A stretch of 64,000 nucleotides of DNA, taken from the NCBI GenBank assembly GCA_964035545.1, contig OZ037768.1, positions 16,785,875-16,849,874 of the forward strand, in the 5' to 3' direction. A model generated the notes under the pieces. It saw nothing but the letters and a program-made list of their open reading frames with translations. It did not search any database and was not told the origin of the DNA. This document shows, one piece after another, positions 29,701 through 40,500 of this stretch. The stretch is from Bugula neritina (Eukaryota; Animalia; Bryozoa). Numbering within the stretch: the first letter of the stretch is position 1; each line of letters opens with the position of its first letter. The position numbers and the translations under genes are program-made.

Positions 29701-32700
29701 TTTCTTATCTTACTGCAAGTATTTGTTAGATTCACTTTCCCTTTTACACAACTGTTACTGTTGAGTTAACTCACTGAGCATTGAGCATTGAGTTGAGTCA
29801 CTGAATTTAACAGTTTAACTGAGGGTTAAGTCGACTCAGTTTGTGTGATATTGACTCAAGTATGTTATACTCTCTTCTATACTTGCACTTATCTGTTGGT
29901 GCAGAGCATTGACTTAAACCAAATAACATTGATTTAATCAAATTTCTGTCAATAATAATGAGGAAATTTAGTTATCCTATCATTAGCCTCTACAAATAAG
30001 AACTTAATGATAAGCATATGATTTGACATTTGCAGGTATAGGTGTTTATTGGACAAGTGGAAACTATGGGTTTTAAGGTGGGTAATAACTACGCAATTCT
30101 ATATACTAATAGCCTTTAATGTCCTATATCTGATTATAGGCATATTACAACACTCTAGATACACTAGCTGAGTGCATATATGCCAGTGCTACTAGCTACT
30201 ATTAAGCTACATTTTATTTGATTTGTTACCAGCTATTACTTGTAGAAAATTAAAAGTAGTTGTTATTCCTAGGAGTATGCACTAGTTGTTAGTTACTGGA
30301 ATCAGCTGCAGTTAGCTGTGTTTATTAATACAGTGTAATTATGTGTTTGCGTGATGTATTACCATGCATGAACTTTCCTTATTTATGCTCAACAAGCAAT
30401 GGCTATACAAACTAGCATGTGGTAACTAGTATGTCTCTAAATCAGATTCCATACTTTAAATGCGTTTTGCTGACAGAATTTATGCTTTCTGATTCAAATA
30501 TTTGATCATCAAAATTTGGCAGATATACATACTTCGGTTGGAGAATGGGCTGGAGTTAGACTATGCAATGCTGTAGTATTCCAATGGGGTTGATGTAACC
30601 TAAATATTTTGACTTACTTTCAATCCTTAGATTATATTTAAGCATTGATGTCAGCATATAATGTAAATGGGGACTACGGTTCAGAGTGTTTGTCTAGTAA
30701 GCACTAAGTCATGGGTTCGAGCCTAGACAAAGGCCGTTGGTGATGTTAGTAAGAGCATCCAGTCATAATTGCTCCTGTACCTCATCTGAATGAGTCCTTA
30801 GCCCCATTTAACAAAAAAACCCCATTTCATCAGGGGTTTTATCACGGGGATGGTGACTATAAACTTGCGGGAGTGAGTTATAAATGGGGACTTGTGTAAC
30901 TTTTATTTAGCCATATTCTACTCTGGATGACTTATAATACAGCTTCCTTTACACTATTTATCAATATGCTGTGTACGCAAATGTAACATAACATAATACA
31001 TACTTCTTTTGAAGTTGTCTGCTACAGCTGAACTCGGTCTATACTTATATAAGTACGTGTTTTCACACAGGGCAAAGTTTGATATATTTCACAAGAGATT
31101 CCTGGAAGGGCCGTCTAAGTCCGTGCTGTCACAAGTCTACCTGAGCTGCCACTTTTGTAACAAGTCTATTATGCCTTTACAAATAAATAATCACAGACGG
31201 CTGTACAGCGGTGGTGGTTATGGCCCAAGAAACAGTGTAACTATTAAGGTATGGAATGAGCATGATAGTGACTGTTAGGAAATCACGTGAACATTTGTCA
31301 CATTATGTTGTAATCCTCTCATTATCAGCAACACTTGTTGGGCGGTTGGTTTGTATGTTCTGCTGATATTTACTTATCTATCAATTTTATTTGGTTTTGA
31401 TTTTTTGACAAATTTGTGCTATTTTACTTCCTGTTGCACGGCATTATTTTTACTGCTCTTTGCAGTTCACAGAGTATTGTGTGGTACATTAATTTTACAA
31501 TCGTTACTATTTCAAATCAAATAGTTACCTGACAGTCAGCATGCTTAGAACTGCTTAGAACAAGAGACTTTATGTTAACTACATGCCGCTGGCTAATAAC
31601 TAAGCTCTTAAATTATATTTTGTTTTATTTGTTTTAGTCAAGTCATTATGTACCAAATAATCTGAATGTATATATTTGAATTACGTTGGCAATCATTTGA
31701 TAAGCTGTATTGAGTGATATTCGTTATTTACTAAGAAATTATTTACTGTCATAAACTTTAGCATCAGTTTGTTAGAGGCTAGTTTTAAAGAGTGTAGGTA
31801 CAATACATCAATAGACAGCAAGGCCTTCTTGTATTACTTACTGCAGATATCAGTCCATCAAACTATATTCAACTAGCTAATGGCTTACAAGTGCAATCTG
31901 ACTGCAATTATACCCTTCAGTGGCTTATTGCAGTATCTGTATGACAGTGAAATGATGATGCTAATTATTGTAGAAAACCGTCTGTTCGGAGTGCTCAAAG
32001 CCCCTTCCTAGATGTGCTCTATGTCTAAAGCACATGGGCACAGCATCTGGCTTACTCGGCAATAAAGCAGATTCATTATCCATATCTCCCAGATCAGCTG
32101 AGGAATCTGGTGACAGAGGTATAATATAGCATAATACATCATGTGACCCCATGAGCCTGTTCCATGCAGCTAAATAGTGCTAGGGAACAGCTATGGTGTA
32201 GCTAAACAGTGCTAGGGAGCAGCTATGGTGTAGCTAAATAGTGCTAGGCAGTACCCATATTTTCTTCCCTTAAGTTAGGTTTAATAAAAAACTGAAATAA
32301 TCCCTTCTTCTAGTGTATCTGTTTCCTCATATAGTCGGATTCAATGGACACAGTGTTTACTTGGTTTGAGTTTGTGCCCGCGTTCTAGATAGGAACCAGA
32401 TAGGGTTTTATGGGATATGATTTTGCTACCCTGACCGGAAAGGTCAGCTTTTATAGAATTTCACTGACTTGTACTTGATATTAATCATTCCATCATAATA
32501 TTTTGTTGTAATTGCTGTTGGTAATTGTTTTGACAATTATATTGAGATCAATATTAGTCGGACTGGACCTGGTGGGAGATATTTGTTTAAATATAAAATA
32601 GACTGGATTGCTTGATCCCCGAATTATTTTGTTTTATTAAAATACTAAATAGAGAAAATATGATAAAAAGACACTACCAGAGGCTTTGTCTAACCCTGAA

Positions 32701-34487
32701 ACAGGGATTTGGCTAGTGGAAAGGGTGTATCTGTAGAAGAGGGTGTTACTGTGAAAGGGGTAGGCCTGTAGAAGGAGTGGATTAGAAAGGGGTTTGCACA
32801 GAAAAAGCCCTTGAGTGTTGCTGATCAGGAATACTTACAGCAGCCACTTTGAAGAGTTTTCTGCAGGCTCTTGGTATATTCTGCTGTATTTGTATCGCAT
32901 CATGAAGTTCTAAAAGATTATTAATTTGAAGTGATACGAAACAAGATATGCTTTAGGTATGCTGAAAACATGTGGAGTCAACTCCCTACCTCTACAGTTT
33001 CTATTGGGCTTTGAACATGATAGCCAGGTTACCCTTCACTTATATAAATCAGTGCTTAGTCGATAACACCTACCCCCCCTCCTGCCCCGCCGTTTAAGTT
33101 TGATTTAGTCTGTTTGTGTAAACCCTGTGATTAAATCAACCTAAGATATCTCTAATGGAGGTAAAGTATGTTTAGGGAAGTACACTATGTGATAGTACTA
33201 AGGTAAACAGGTTAGATACAGCTGATGGAGATGCAGTTCTGGTGGTCTAAGAGAATGAGATACTGAAGTTGTCAATGAACTGAGCTAAGAGTACATAGGC
33301 AAATGATGCTACTTTCTAGCCAGCAGTAACAATAGTTTTATTAATGTCATTGTTTGTATTGATGTAAAGACACGTTTTTACTGTTTTGATAATGTATTGT
33401 ATGTGGCAATCAACACCTCTGTTGAAGCTGTCAAACATTGAAGTATTAGTTGTTGCTGATTGGATCATAATGGCACTTAGAGATGTTCAACACATCACAA
33501 TGTGTGGAGCTGACAATCAATGCCTTTTATTGGTGATAGTTAGGTTTCTTTTTGGAATAGTGAGGTTAGATCTTGCCCTACTAGTCCTCAAGTATACAGT
33601 GTATCATGTCCATGCCTTGTGTTTATGTTGTACATGTTTAGTTGTTAACTCAATCACCCAGTTGTTTGCAGTCATCACCTGCAGTGGGTATCAAATGCTG
33701 AACTCAATGTTTCATCTGCTATCAATTACTTCAACAACAAGCTATTGTGGGTAAAGAAGACATATCCACACCACACGTAGCTGTAGCATGTAGCATAATA
33801 TGCTACATGCTACAGTATACTATATATTATATAGTATACTGATCACACCCTATATATAGCATACTGTAGCATGTACATCATATCTTATCATATATACTAT
33901 ATAGCATATTGTATCATATTATGTATGTCATACCTTATCATATATTATTTCTTATCATATTATATAGCACACTATAGCATGTATGGCACACCTTAGCATA
34001 TATAGTATATCATATAGCATATATGGCATATCTTAGCATATATAGTACACCATATCATACACTAAGTTTTGAATGATATACTTGATGTTTCAATCATTTT
34101 CGTCAAGTATGCAAATATTGTGTAAAAACAGTTTTTAGTATTCATTTTGTGAAAGCAATAAGAAAGTTTTACAGAAGCATATAAACATAAACATAAGGTA
34201 ATGCTGTATGTTTTACATTTAATTACCGCCGGTTAACCATAGGCTACTCATTCTCTTTATTTGCAGATGTAAGTCGAAGTAAAAAGTCTTCCGACGCGAG
34301 TCCATGTGCAGAGTTTTCTAATTGGTTCACCTGGTGCCAAAGTTGTCATCATGGCGGCCACTCTCTGCATATTGAGGACTGGTTTAAGAGAAACATTGAG
34401 TGCCCAGTGTCGGCGTGTGCTTGTAAATGTGCCTCTTTAGACAGTGTGCCTGCTGTTCTTCAGCAGCCAGCACTAGTAACCAACTAG
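17795..34487 (+). CDS. MIOS: GATOR2 complex protein MIOS (WD40 propeller, solenoid, C-terminal Zn-ribbon/RING), ~908 aa
   Basis: 20 coding exons: 17795-17930, 18425-18486, 18783-18906, 18992-19056, 19897-20011, 20237-20329, 20494-20675, 25542-25674, 25847-25965, 26150-26287, 26460-26743, 26881-27003, 27460-27560, 28026-28213, 28602-28740, 29463-29601, 30036-30077, 31071-31248, 31974-32118, 34267-34487 (2727 nt, in frame). Signature motifs: [116 protein letters not shown]. Confidence 0.97.
23921..24271. mobile_element. Decayed copy of the GGG...CCC MITE family also present at 52542-52813
   Basis: Shares ATTTATTGATATTTTACTAGTTTTGGGCAAAA and TTCCAGTGTGTACTAAATTA.(T/G)TAAAATGAC with 52542-52813; the central part is in the opposite orientation. 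Confidence 0.75.
24272..24964. mobile_element. Degenerate TA-flanked MITE-like element
   Basis: Imperfect ~30-bp inverted termini TATGAAAAGTTCTGTTCCAAAAGGGGACAT vs ATGTCCCATTTTGAAATGGAGCTCTCCGTA. Confidence 0.4.
28905..29280. repeat. Compound (CA)n microsatellite interrupted by CCG/AGA
   Basis: Directly visible; source of the spurious His-Thr and Cys-Val ORFs in the ORF track. Confidence 0.97.
30676..30880 (+). mobile_element. tRNA-derived SINE, family A copy 1, with 12-bp TSD
   Basis: B-box GGTTCGAGCC; core TTGGTGATGTTAGTAAGAGCATCCAGTCATAATTGC; flanked by direct repeat TAAATGGGGACT at 30664-30675 and 30881-30892. Confidence 0.88.
32168..32248. repeat. 32-bp tandem repeat, ~2.5 copies
   Basis: Unit AGCTAAATAGTGCTAGGGAACAGCTATGGTGT. 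Confidence 0.9.
32330..33760 (-). mobile_element. Possible heavily decayed LINE remnant
   Basis: Composition shift (G/T-rich plus strand) within a long intron, and a minus-strand RRGRRGVGVI segment near 33070-33095 reminiscent of the APE endonuclease 'GGGVAL' motif. No continuous ORF. Confidence 0.25.
33780..34060. repeat. Degenerate TATAGCATAT-type low-complexity tandem array
   Basis: Recurrent ATAGCATA / TATCATAT units. Confidence 0.8.
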
Positions 34488-35206
34488 CCTTCAATGACAC
34501 TTACCATTTACTAACAATACCCGAGGGCACTTGTTCTCCCTCTTCAGCACAGCTCACTTAAGTATGAGTTGTAATTATAATGGCTTATTGTCTTAGCTTG
34601 CACCTTTCTTCTCTGCACATTATTTGTTGTAGCAGTTTTCGTATTATTTTTTGGAAAATTGTTAAATATTTTGATACTAATTATGCTCTTCTGGTGTATT
34701 TTTTTATAATTGAATTATATGTTTATCCAATATTTTCGTTCACGTATTTATGAAATTGTTTTTTGTTGTGGGGAACTATAGTTATAAATTAAATAGACAA
34801 TTTCTAAAGGCAATCACATCTGCTGATAGTGTGAAAATATCTAGTGCTTCAAAAAGTTGCAGCAATGTGTAAAACTTACTTATATTAGGTAAAGCTTCAT
34901 TTGTTTACACGTGATAGAGTCCTGGTTTTCTTGGAACATGGGAGGCAAATCTTGAAAATGTTTATGATGGGCGTGTGTAAGCCGCTAATATTCATGCATG
35001 TATCTTGTATGTAATAAGTCTCCTAAAAATCTTAACTTGATTACTCAGGTTTTATGTTCTGTGTAAGCCCTGCTGATGCTCTTATACTGTTGAATATTAA
35101 GAAAACTATTTACATATCAATATGATGGTTTAATCACTAACAGGAAGCATTTCAATATACAGTACAGGCCTGTCTCTCAGCAGCATAAAACATTACCCAT
35201 GAAATG

Positions 35207-35540
35207 CCTGTACCTGTACCTATCCCTTGGTCGGGACGACCGTTGGGGCACCACTGTTGAAACATGTGGTGTGTCTTGGGCAAGTAAGCTTGGCGGCGCC
35301 CATCCCTCTCCAAGTTTCGCAATAGGATGCTAGTAATCCTGACTTAACGCCAACCATTGACTCTTCAGAGTTCTTCCATTTGCCGTAGTGGTACCAAGCC
35401 TTTGACCCCAAGAGTTCTTCCGCCAAGGTGACCATCCAATGCCTTGCTGCCGACATCTTCACCGTAACCCTGGCAGGAGAGCTAAAGGGGTTCCGACCTT
35501 GCTCAAGGGTATCCCAGGGTGCAGTTTAACGCCTACAAAC
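35207..35540 (-). mobile_element. SINE-like element (family B) with CORE/V-like segment and LINE-derived 3' tail
   Basis: GC-rich island. The minus strand reads ...ATACCCTTGAGCAAGGTCGGAACCCC... and ends AGTGGTGCCCCAACGGTCGTCCCGACCAAGGGATAGGTACAGGTACAGG, resembling recalled RTE/RTE-X LINE 3' ends with a short tandem-repeat tail. Confidence 0.6.
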
Positions 35541-35899
35541 TGCTAATACAGAATTTCGATTTTGAAAACATTTCATCACCTAATTTCACAATAAGGCCTG
35601 TTGGTTGTATCATTTTCTGCAGACAAAACTAAATTTTTACCATACTATTAATCTAACAGAAGTTGAACTAAGTAAAGCTGGTCTTTGAACAAGCAAAAAC
35701 CTGACTAACTTGATTTATTGGCACCTGTTTTGGCAAAACAGCAAATAGTATATTGTTAATCTTTTTAATAAGATTTTTGACCAGCTTCCCCATAGTTCTC
35801 ATGTACTTCGTACTGCCACCATTCTCATCACTAGGCTACTAATCACTTTTATCATCAAGAAGCCTACAATTGCACTTGAAATAACAGGAGAAAGGGAGA

Positions 35900-36045
35900 C
35901 ATTGTGAAAAGCCTAGATTAAAAATGTATAAAAAGAAGTTATGTCCTCGCAAGAATTTCAACCTGCACCCCAAACCAAAATTTATGAAGAAATTCAAAGA
36001 ACTTGGGCTATTTCAATTGCTCCACTACTGCTTCTAAATGAATAA
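35900..36045. mobile_element. Diverged reverse-orientation copy of the MITE at 38911-39060
   Basis: CCCCAAACCAAAATTTATGAAGAAATTCAAAGAACTTGGGCTATTTCAATTGCTCCACTACTGCTTCTAAATG aligns to the reverse complement of 38907-38990. Confidence 0.65.
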
Positions 36046-36108
36046 AATAACATCAAATTTTGCTGATCAATTAAAATAATGCTTCTATCTGCCTCTATCT
36101 TATATAAC

Positions 36109-36185
36109 ACAAGCAGACTAGCCTGGAGAGGACAAGCAGACTAGCCTGGAGAGGACAAGCAGACTAGCCTGGAGAGGACAAGCAG
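36109..36185. repeat. Perfect 23-bp tandem repeat x3.3
   Basis: ACAAGCAGACTAGCCTGGAGAGG repeated exactly three times plus ACAAGCAG. Confidence 0.95.
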
Positions 36186-36463
36186 TAGTGGCAGATGTGT
36201 GTTCTGATCAGGAGGCTGACCAGTGCAGTTAATATACTTCACACTTATTTCAGCTGCTGTCATTGCAATAACAGAGATCTGGCACTAACACCAGTACTAA
36301 AACAATGCAGTACCTATAGTAGGCTAGCAGTAGTTACTGTGTACTACACAGTCTTCTTTCATACAATAACATAATGAGTTGTAACATGGATTTCAGTCTG
36401 GGAGTATAAGAACAGATCTGTATTGCTGAGCATTGGCGTACTGAGTTGTATAGTGCAGTGTGC

Positions 36464-36580
36464 TATAAATACCAGCCACAGTTATATTTAGGAAACTAAA
36501 TAGTGCATCACTACGAAACAGTCAACATTGTTGAAGTAACATGTCAAACTGTGTAGTCATATACTCACGGCCTTAAGAAG
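36464..36580 (+). promoter_or_regulatory. Putative TATA box and non-coding first exon of the HEG1-like mucin gene
   Basis: TATAAATA at 36464-36471; donor AAG|GTATGC at 36580/36581; next acceptor 37561-37562 precedes the signal-peptide ATG at 37587. Confidence 0.45.
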
Positions 36581-37586
36581 GTATGCATATATCTTCAGCT
36601 GTGTTGTAATAGCCTGCAGGCAGATAATTACAGTGTTTATTGTGTATATTACCGTCTACTCAAAGTGACTCTTTGTGACTTTCTGTCTCCAAATTGTGAC
36701 ACTTATTATTACTACACCATAAAATTATGCAGCTGTGAGTTGATGCCCTCTTGCTTTGTGAGATTTGGAGGAAAATGTGATATGATATAACAATGTCGTC
36801 AACAGTTGGCTGGGTCATGCCTAAGATAGCGGGCAGCAGAATTGTTTACATGGCTACTTGATGTTCAAAACACAAAACCTTTTTACATGCAGGTTGTTAC
36901 TAGCTACTGTATATATAGATATTTTCTTAGAGCCCAGACCTATACACTCTAAAGTGGTTATCACAATAGCTAGGTTATGACAGAAGAAAGAATGGCATAT
37001 AAAAATAAATGATTGTATTGTTTTGTGAAGGGCAAAAAGGTGAACATTTTAAGTTTACTTATTGTTTTTATAAGCACTAGTTGAACTTTGTAATGCAGAA
37101 AAGCCAAAGTGGCTCCGAATACCACTGGGTATTACAGCGATGCCCACTGTCGCCAAAGGTTGTTTAATAAATTCCAGGCTACATCGTAACTTGAGTTGAC
37201 CCCATGACCTTTATTCAGAAGAATATTACTGCTGTAAGCTGAGTGCAGTTGGGAGGTGTTGCTGGTTATAATTGTAGAATGTTACTAGTAATAACACGGC
37301 TAGGGTGGCTGTTTCCTGACGTTCAGGTTGAAATCACAACATTCATTAGCAGTTTCTAGTTCATACCTACTTCAATTTTATTACTAGTTTCCTCGTCCTT
37401 ATCTCTTAACACGAAGCACCTCGACATTTTATTTGTAGCAAAGTTTATACGCAATGAATATTTTAAAGATAACATTTTACTGATAGGTGTGATCACATGC
37501 AACTGCCATTAGATATCCTGGCCTTAGATTAGCTTTACTCATTTCAATTATACATCTGTTAGGTGCCATACGATCTGTGAAACGAC

Positions 37587-40500
37587 ATGTCACAAGCCTT
37601 CATTCCTCTTTATTTTCTCTGCCTTTTCTGCATTCATGTGGCAGCTTCAACCACATCAGGTAAGTTAACAATCTAATTGTATTCAAATGCTAAAAACATG
37701 TAAAATTTGCCAGTAAAAAATAGGTTGAAAATCAATTACTTTTCTTTAATCTTGTTAAAGAGCTGGAACAAATAAAGCTAGTCAAATGTTTGCTGAGTTA
37801 GATGTGACCTAAAAATTTAATGGGAACATTTAATGATATTAAAAATAAATGACATTCGGTAGGTGTGTCTTAGGTGTCTTTAATGGATTATTTCTAATTA
37901 AATTAAGTTGTAAGAGTGGAGGGGAGCTGAGTAGAACATGATATAACGTAGGACATAAATTTAAACCAAATTTTTCTATCCAAACTAAACTGTTATTGAA
38001 ATTTAACAGCACAAACTTCCGGGAATATGGGGTTTTAACTCATGGTTACCCAACACCTTGAATTATTACTTTTTTAAATTCTCATCGTACAATTTGTCTT
38101 TTGTCTAGAGCTAGCCATAAAATGACAGCTAGTTGAGAATCATTCATATTATAGAATAAATTAAGAAACATTCTTCAAACGTGATAATTTTGTTGCAATA
38201 CGTTTTATAGCATTTAAAACCAATATTATCCTCTAATTTACTAATTACTCATAATTCAAGTTTTATTTTTCACACCTTGCTCAACTACACAGATGTAATC
38301 CTGTGACATTGAGATTCTATGTATGTTTTATTACATTACCGTAGTTTATCTAACAAGTTCATTGCATTTAGCCACTGTCCGTGCACAGCATGTTTTGTAT
38401 TTTAGTTTAAGCAGTAAGCAAACCAGTTTGTCACTCTCAGATCAAATTAACAAGCATGATAAATAGTCAAACTGAAACTTCATTGCATGATAACTAACTT
38501 TATAAACTAGTCATTGCTATTTTGGTTGTTGCAATTATTATTTAATTTGTAACTGGAGAAGCATAATGTTGAACTTGTTAACCTATGCAAACTTACAGTA
38601 AAAAAATAATTTGGATGTTTATAGCTATATGATTTAAAGGGTGTCCGGTAAAAATGACACAAATTGCAAAGTAAGTAAAAATGGCACATTTTCAATATCA
38701 GAGTTTGGGTTGGGGGTGGGTGTTTGAGTTTGGGGCTTAAAGGTTGAGGGTTTGAGTTTGGGGTTTGGTAAAATTTAACATCAGTGTGCCATTTTTTCCT
38801 ACTTTTCCATTTATGCCCTTATTACCTAAGATCAATTTAAAGCTTCTATGTTGGCATATTGAATCAGTACCAATCGATGGGTAGAAAGCTGCACCATGTA
38901 GTTATACATTTAGGAACAGTAGTGAAGAAATTGAGACAGCCTATAAGTTCTTCGATTTTCTATTAAATTTTTGTTTGGGGGTGGGTTGAACATAACTCCT
39001 TATGCTAAATTTCTAGTTTAGAACACATGGCTTTTCTCAATTTCTCCATTACTGTACCTACCTCTAATTATATATTGGCTTAATGGGTGCTCCTCGAAAT
39101 TGCTATCATATGTTGCTTTTCCTGACAAGAGGCAATCAAAAGCATACACGTGCTGTTACCATGTAAAGTAAGGTTAGATGGCATGGAAGCCTTTAAAACT
39201 TGGTATATATGTAGCATAACTCTGTCTTAGGCTATTAAACACAGCTTTCTTGCAGTTTAACTCACTAACTTAAAAACTGAAGTTTTAAATCAGCTGCTGC
39301 AATTTTTATTTGTTATTCTTCTGACAAGTGTGTTGACCCACAAAGTAATCTGTTGTTATAACATATTTCCATGATATAGGCTTTCAACTCATTGAAAAAA
39401 TTGATGCGGCTGAAAATTAGCAAATTTCTCCATCAACATAAATATAGGGATATAACTTATGCTATACTTTGCTGCTGCTGAAACTTCTGCATTACACCAA
39501 CAGCTATTACAGCTATTATCATACATTTATTATGTAGATATTAAACAGCTATACTTTTGTCGTTAACATGGTATGTTAGCCAAGATCACTGAAAGCCTGT
39601 TCTATAATAGCATAAGTGAATGTGGGGTAACGCCAACACCAGCCTAGGTTTTGGAATAATTATGTTTACCACAAGCTATAGAGACTCCCCCAACCAAATA
39701 ACCAGATTAATTAATGATCTCTTATTCAAAATTAGTTTAGCTACAGTGTAATTAACAGCACATTTTGCTGCTTACATACTGATAATAGTTGCTTTATTGT
39801 AACTAAACCATAAATCTAGACCTAGCTAATAATATTCCAGATAATTGCTAAACTGATCAAGTTTCTCATATAATAAGAGTGTACCCTGATAGCTTTGTAC
39901 TATTTCTAGCTTTTCCCTGCCAGTGACTTTTTATTGCAGTTGGTGCACAACCCAACCCTTTTATTCTCAATTTGAAGAGCCATTAGGCTAAGGTCAAGGT
40001 GTTTTCCTTGCATGCTCTCGAAATTTGCTATAAGCAGCATCAAGTTAGAGGTGCAACTGAGTGCAGCAGTTTGGGGTTCCAAGCACGGGCTTTCCATGTA
40101 CCGATCTCAGATCGATCTCACTGAGATCGATCTGAGAAATGTGCTCAGATCGATCGTTTTTCCATGAGAGTGTCAGATCGATCTCGCGAAGTTGCCTCCT
40201 CTTAAATGAAGGATATTTTAAAAGTATATTTTGTTTACCTATTTGAGTGATTAAAGCTACTACTGTTGAAAACAAGATGGTCCTAGTCTAAAATTTAATC
40301 CCAGCTATAAACTATACGCAGCAAAGCTTTCAGTGTATGGTAATTTGGCCAATTTAAAATAATTAATTTTAATTTTTTAGCTTGACAGCTTATATAAAAT
40401 TAATGGCTGTCTTGCAAATTATTAATAAACTTACAGAACTGTTAGGCTTAAAATTACAAAGAAAATAGCTAATGAAACCAAGTTTTAATAGTCATTTAAA

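Noticed and set aside
33386-33754. 122-aa hydrophobic ORF inside a MIOS intron
   Set aside because: Non-ATG start, no recognisable domain or splice context; probably chance or decayed-repeat sequence.
36109-36185. 23-bp direct repeats as a possible CRISPR or regulatory array
   Set aside because: Perfect head-to-tail tandem copies without spacers; a simple minisatellite.
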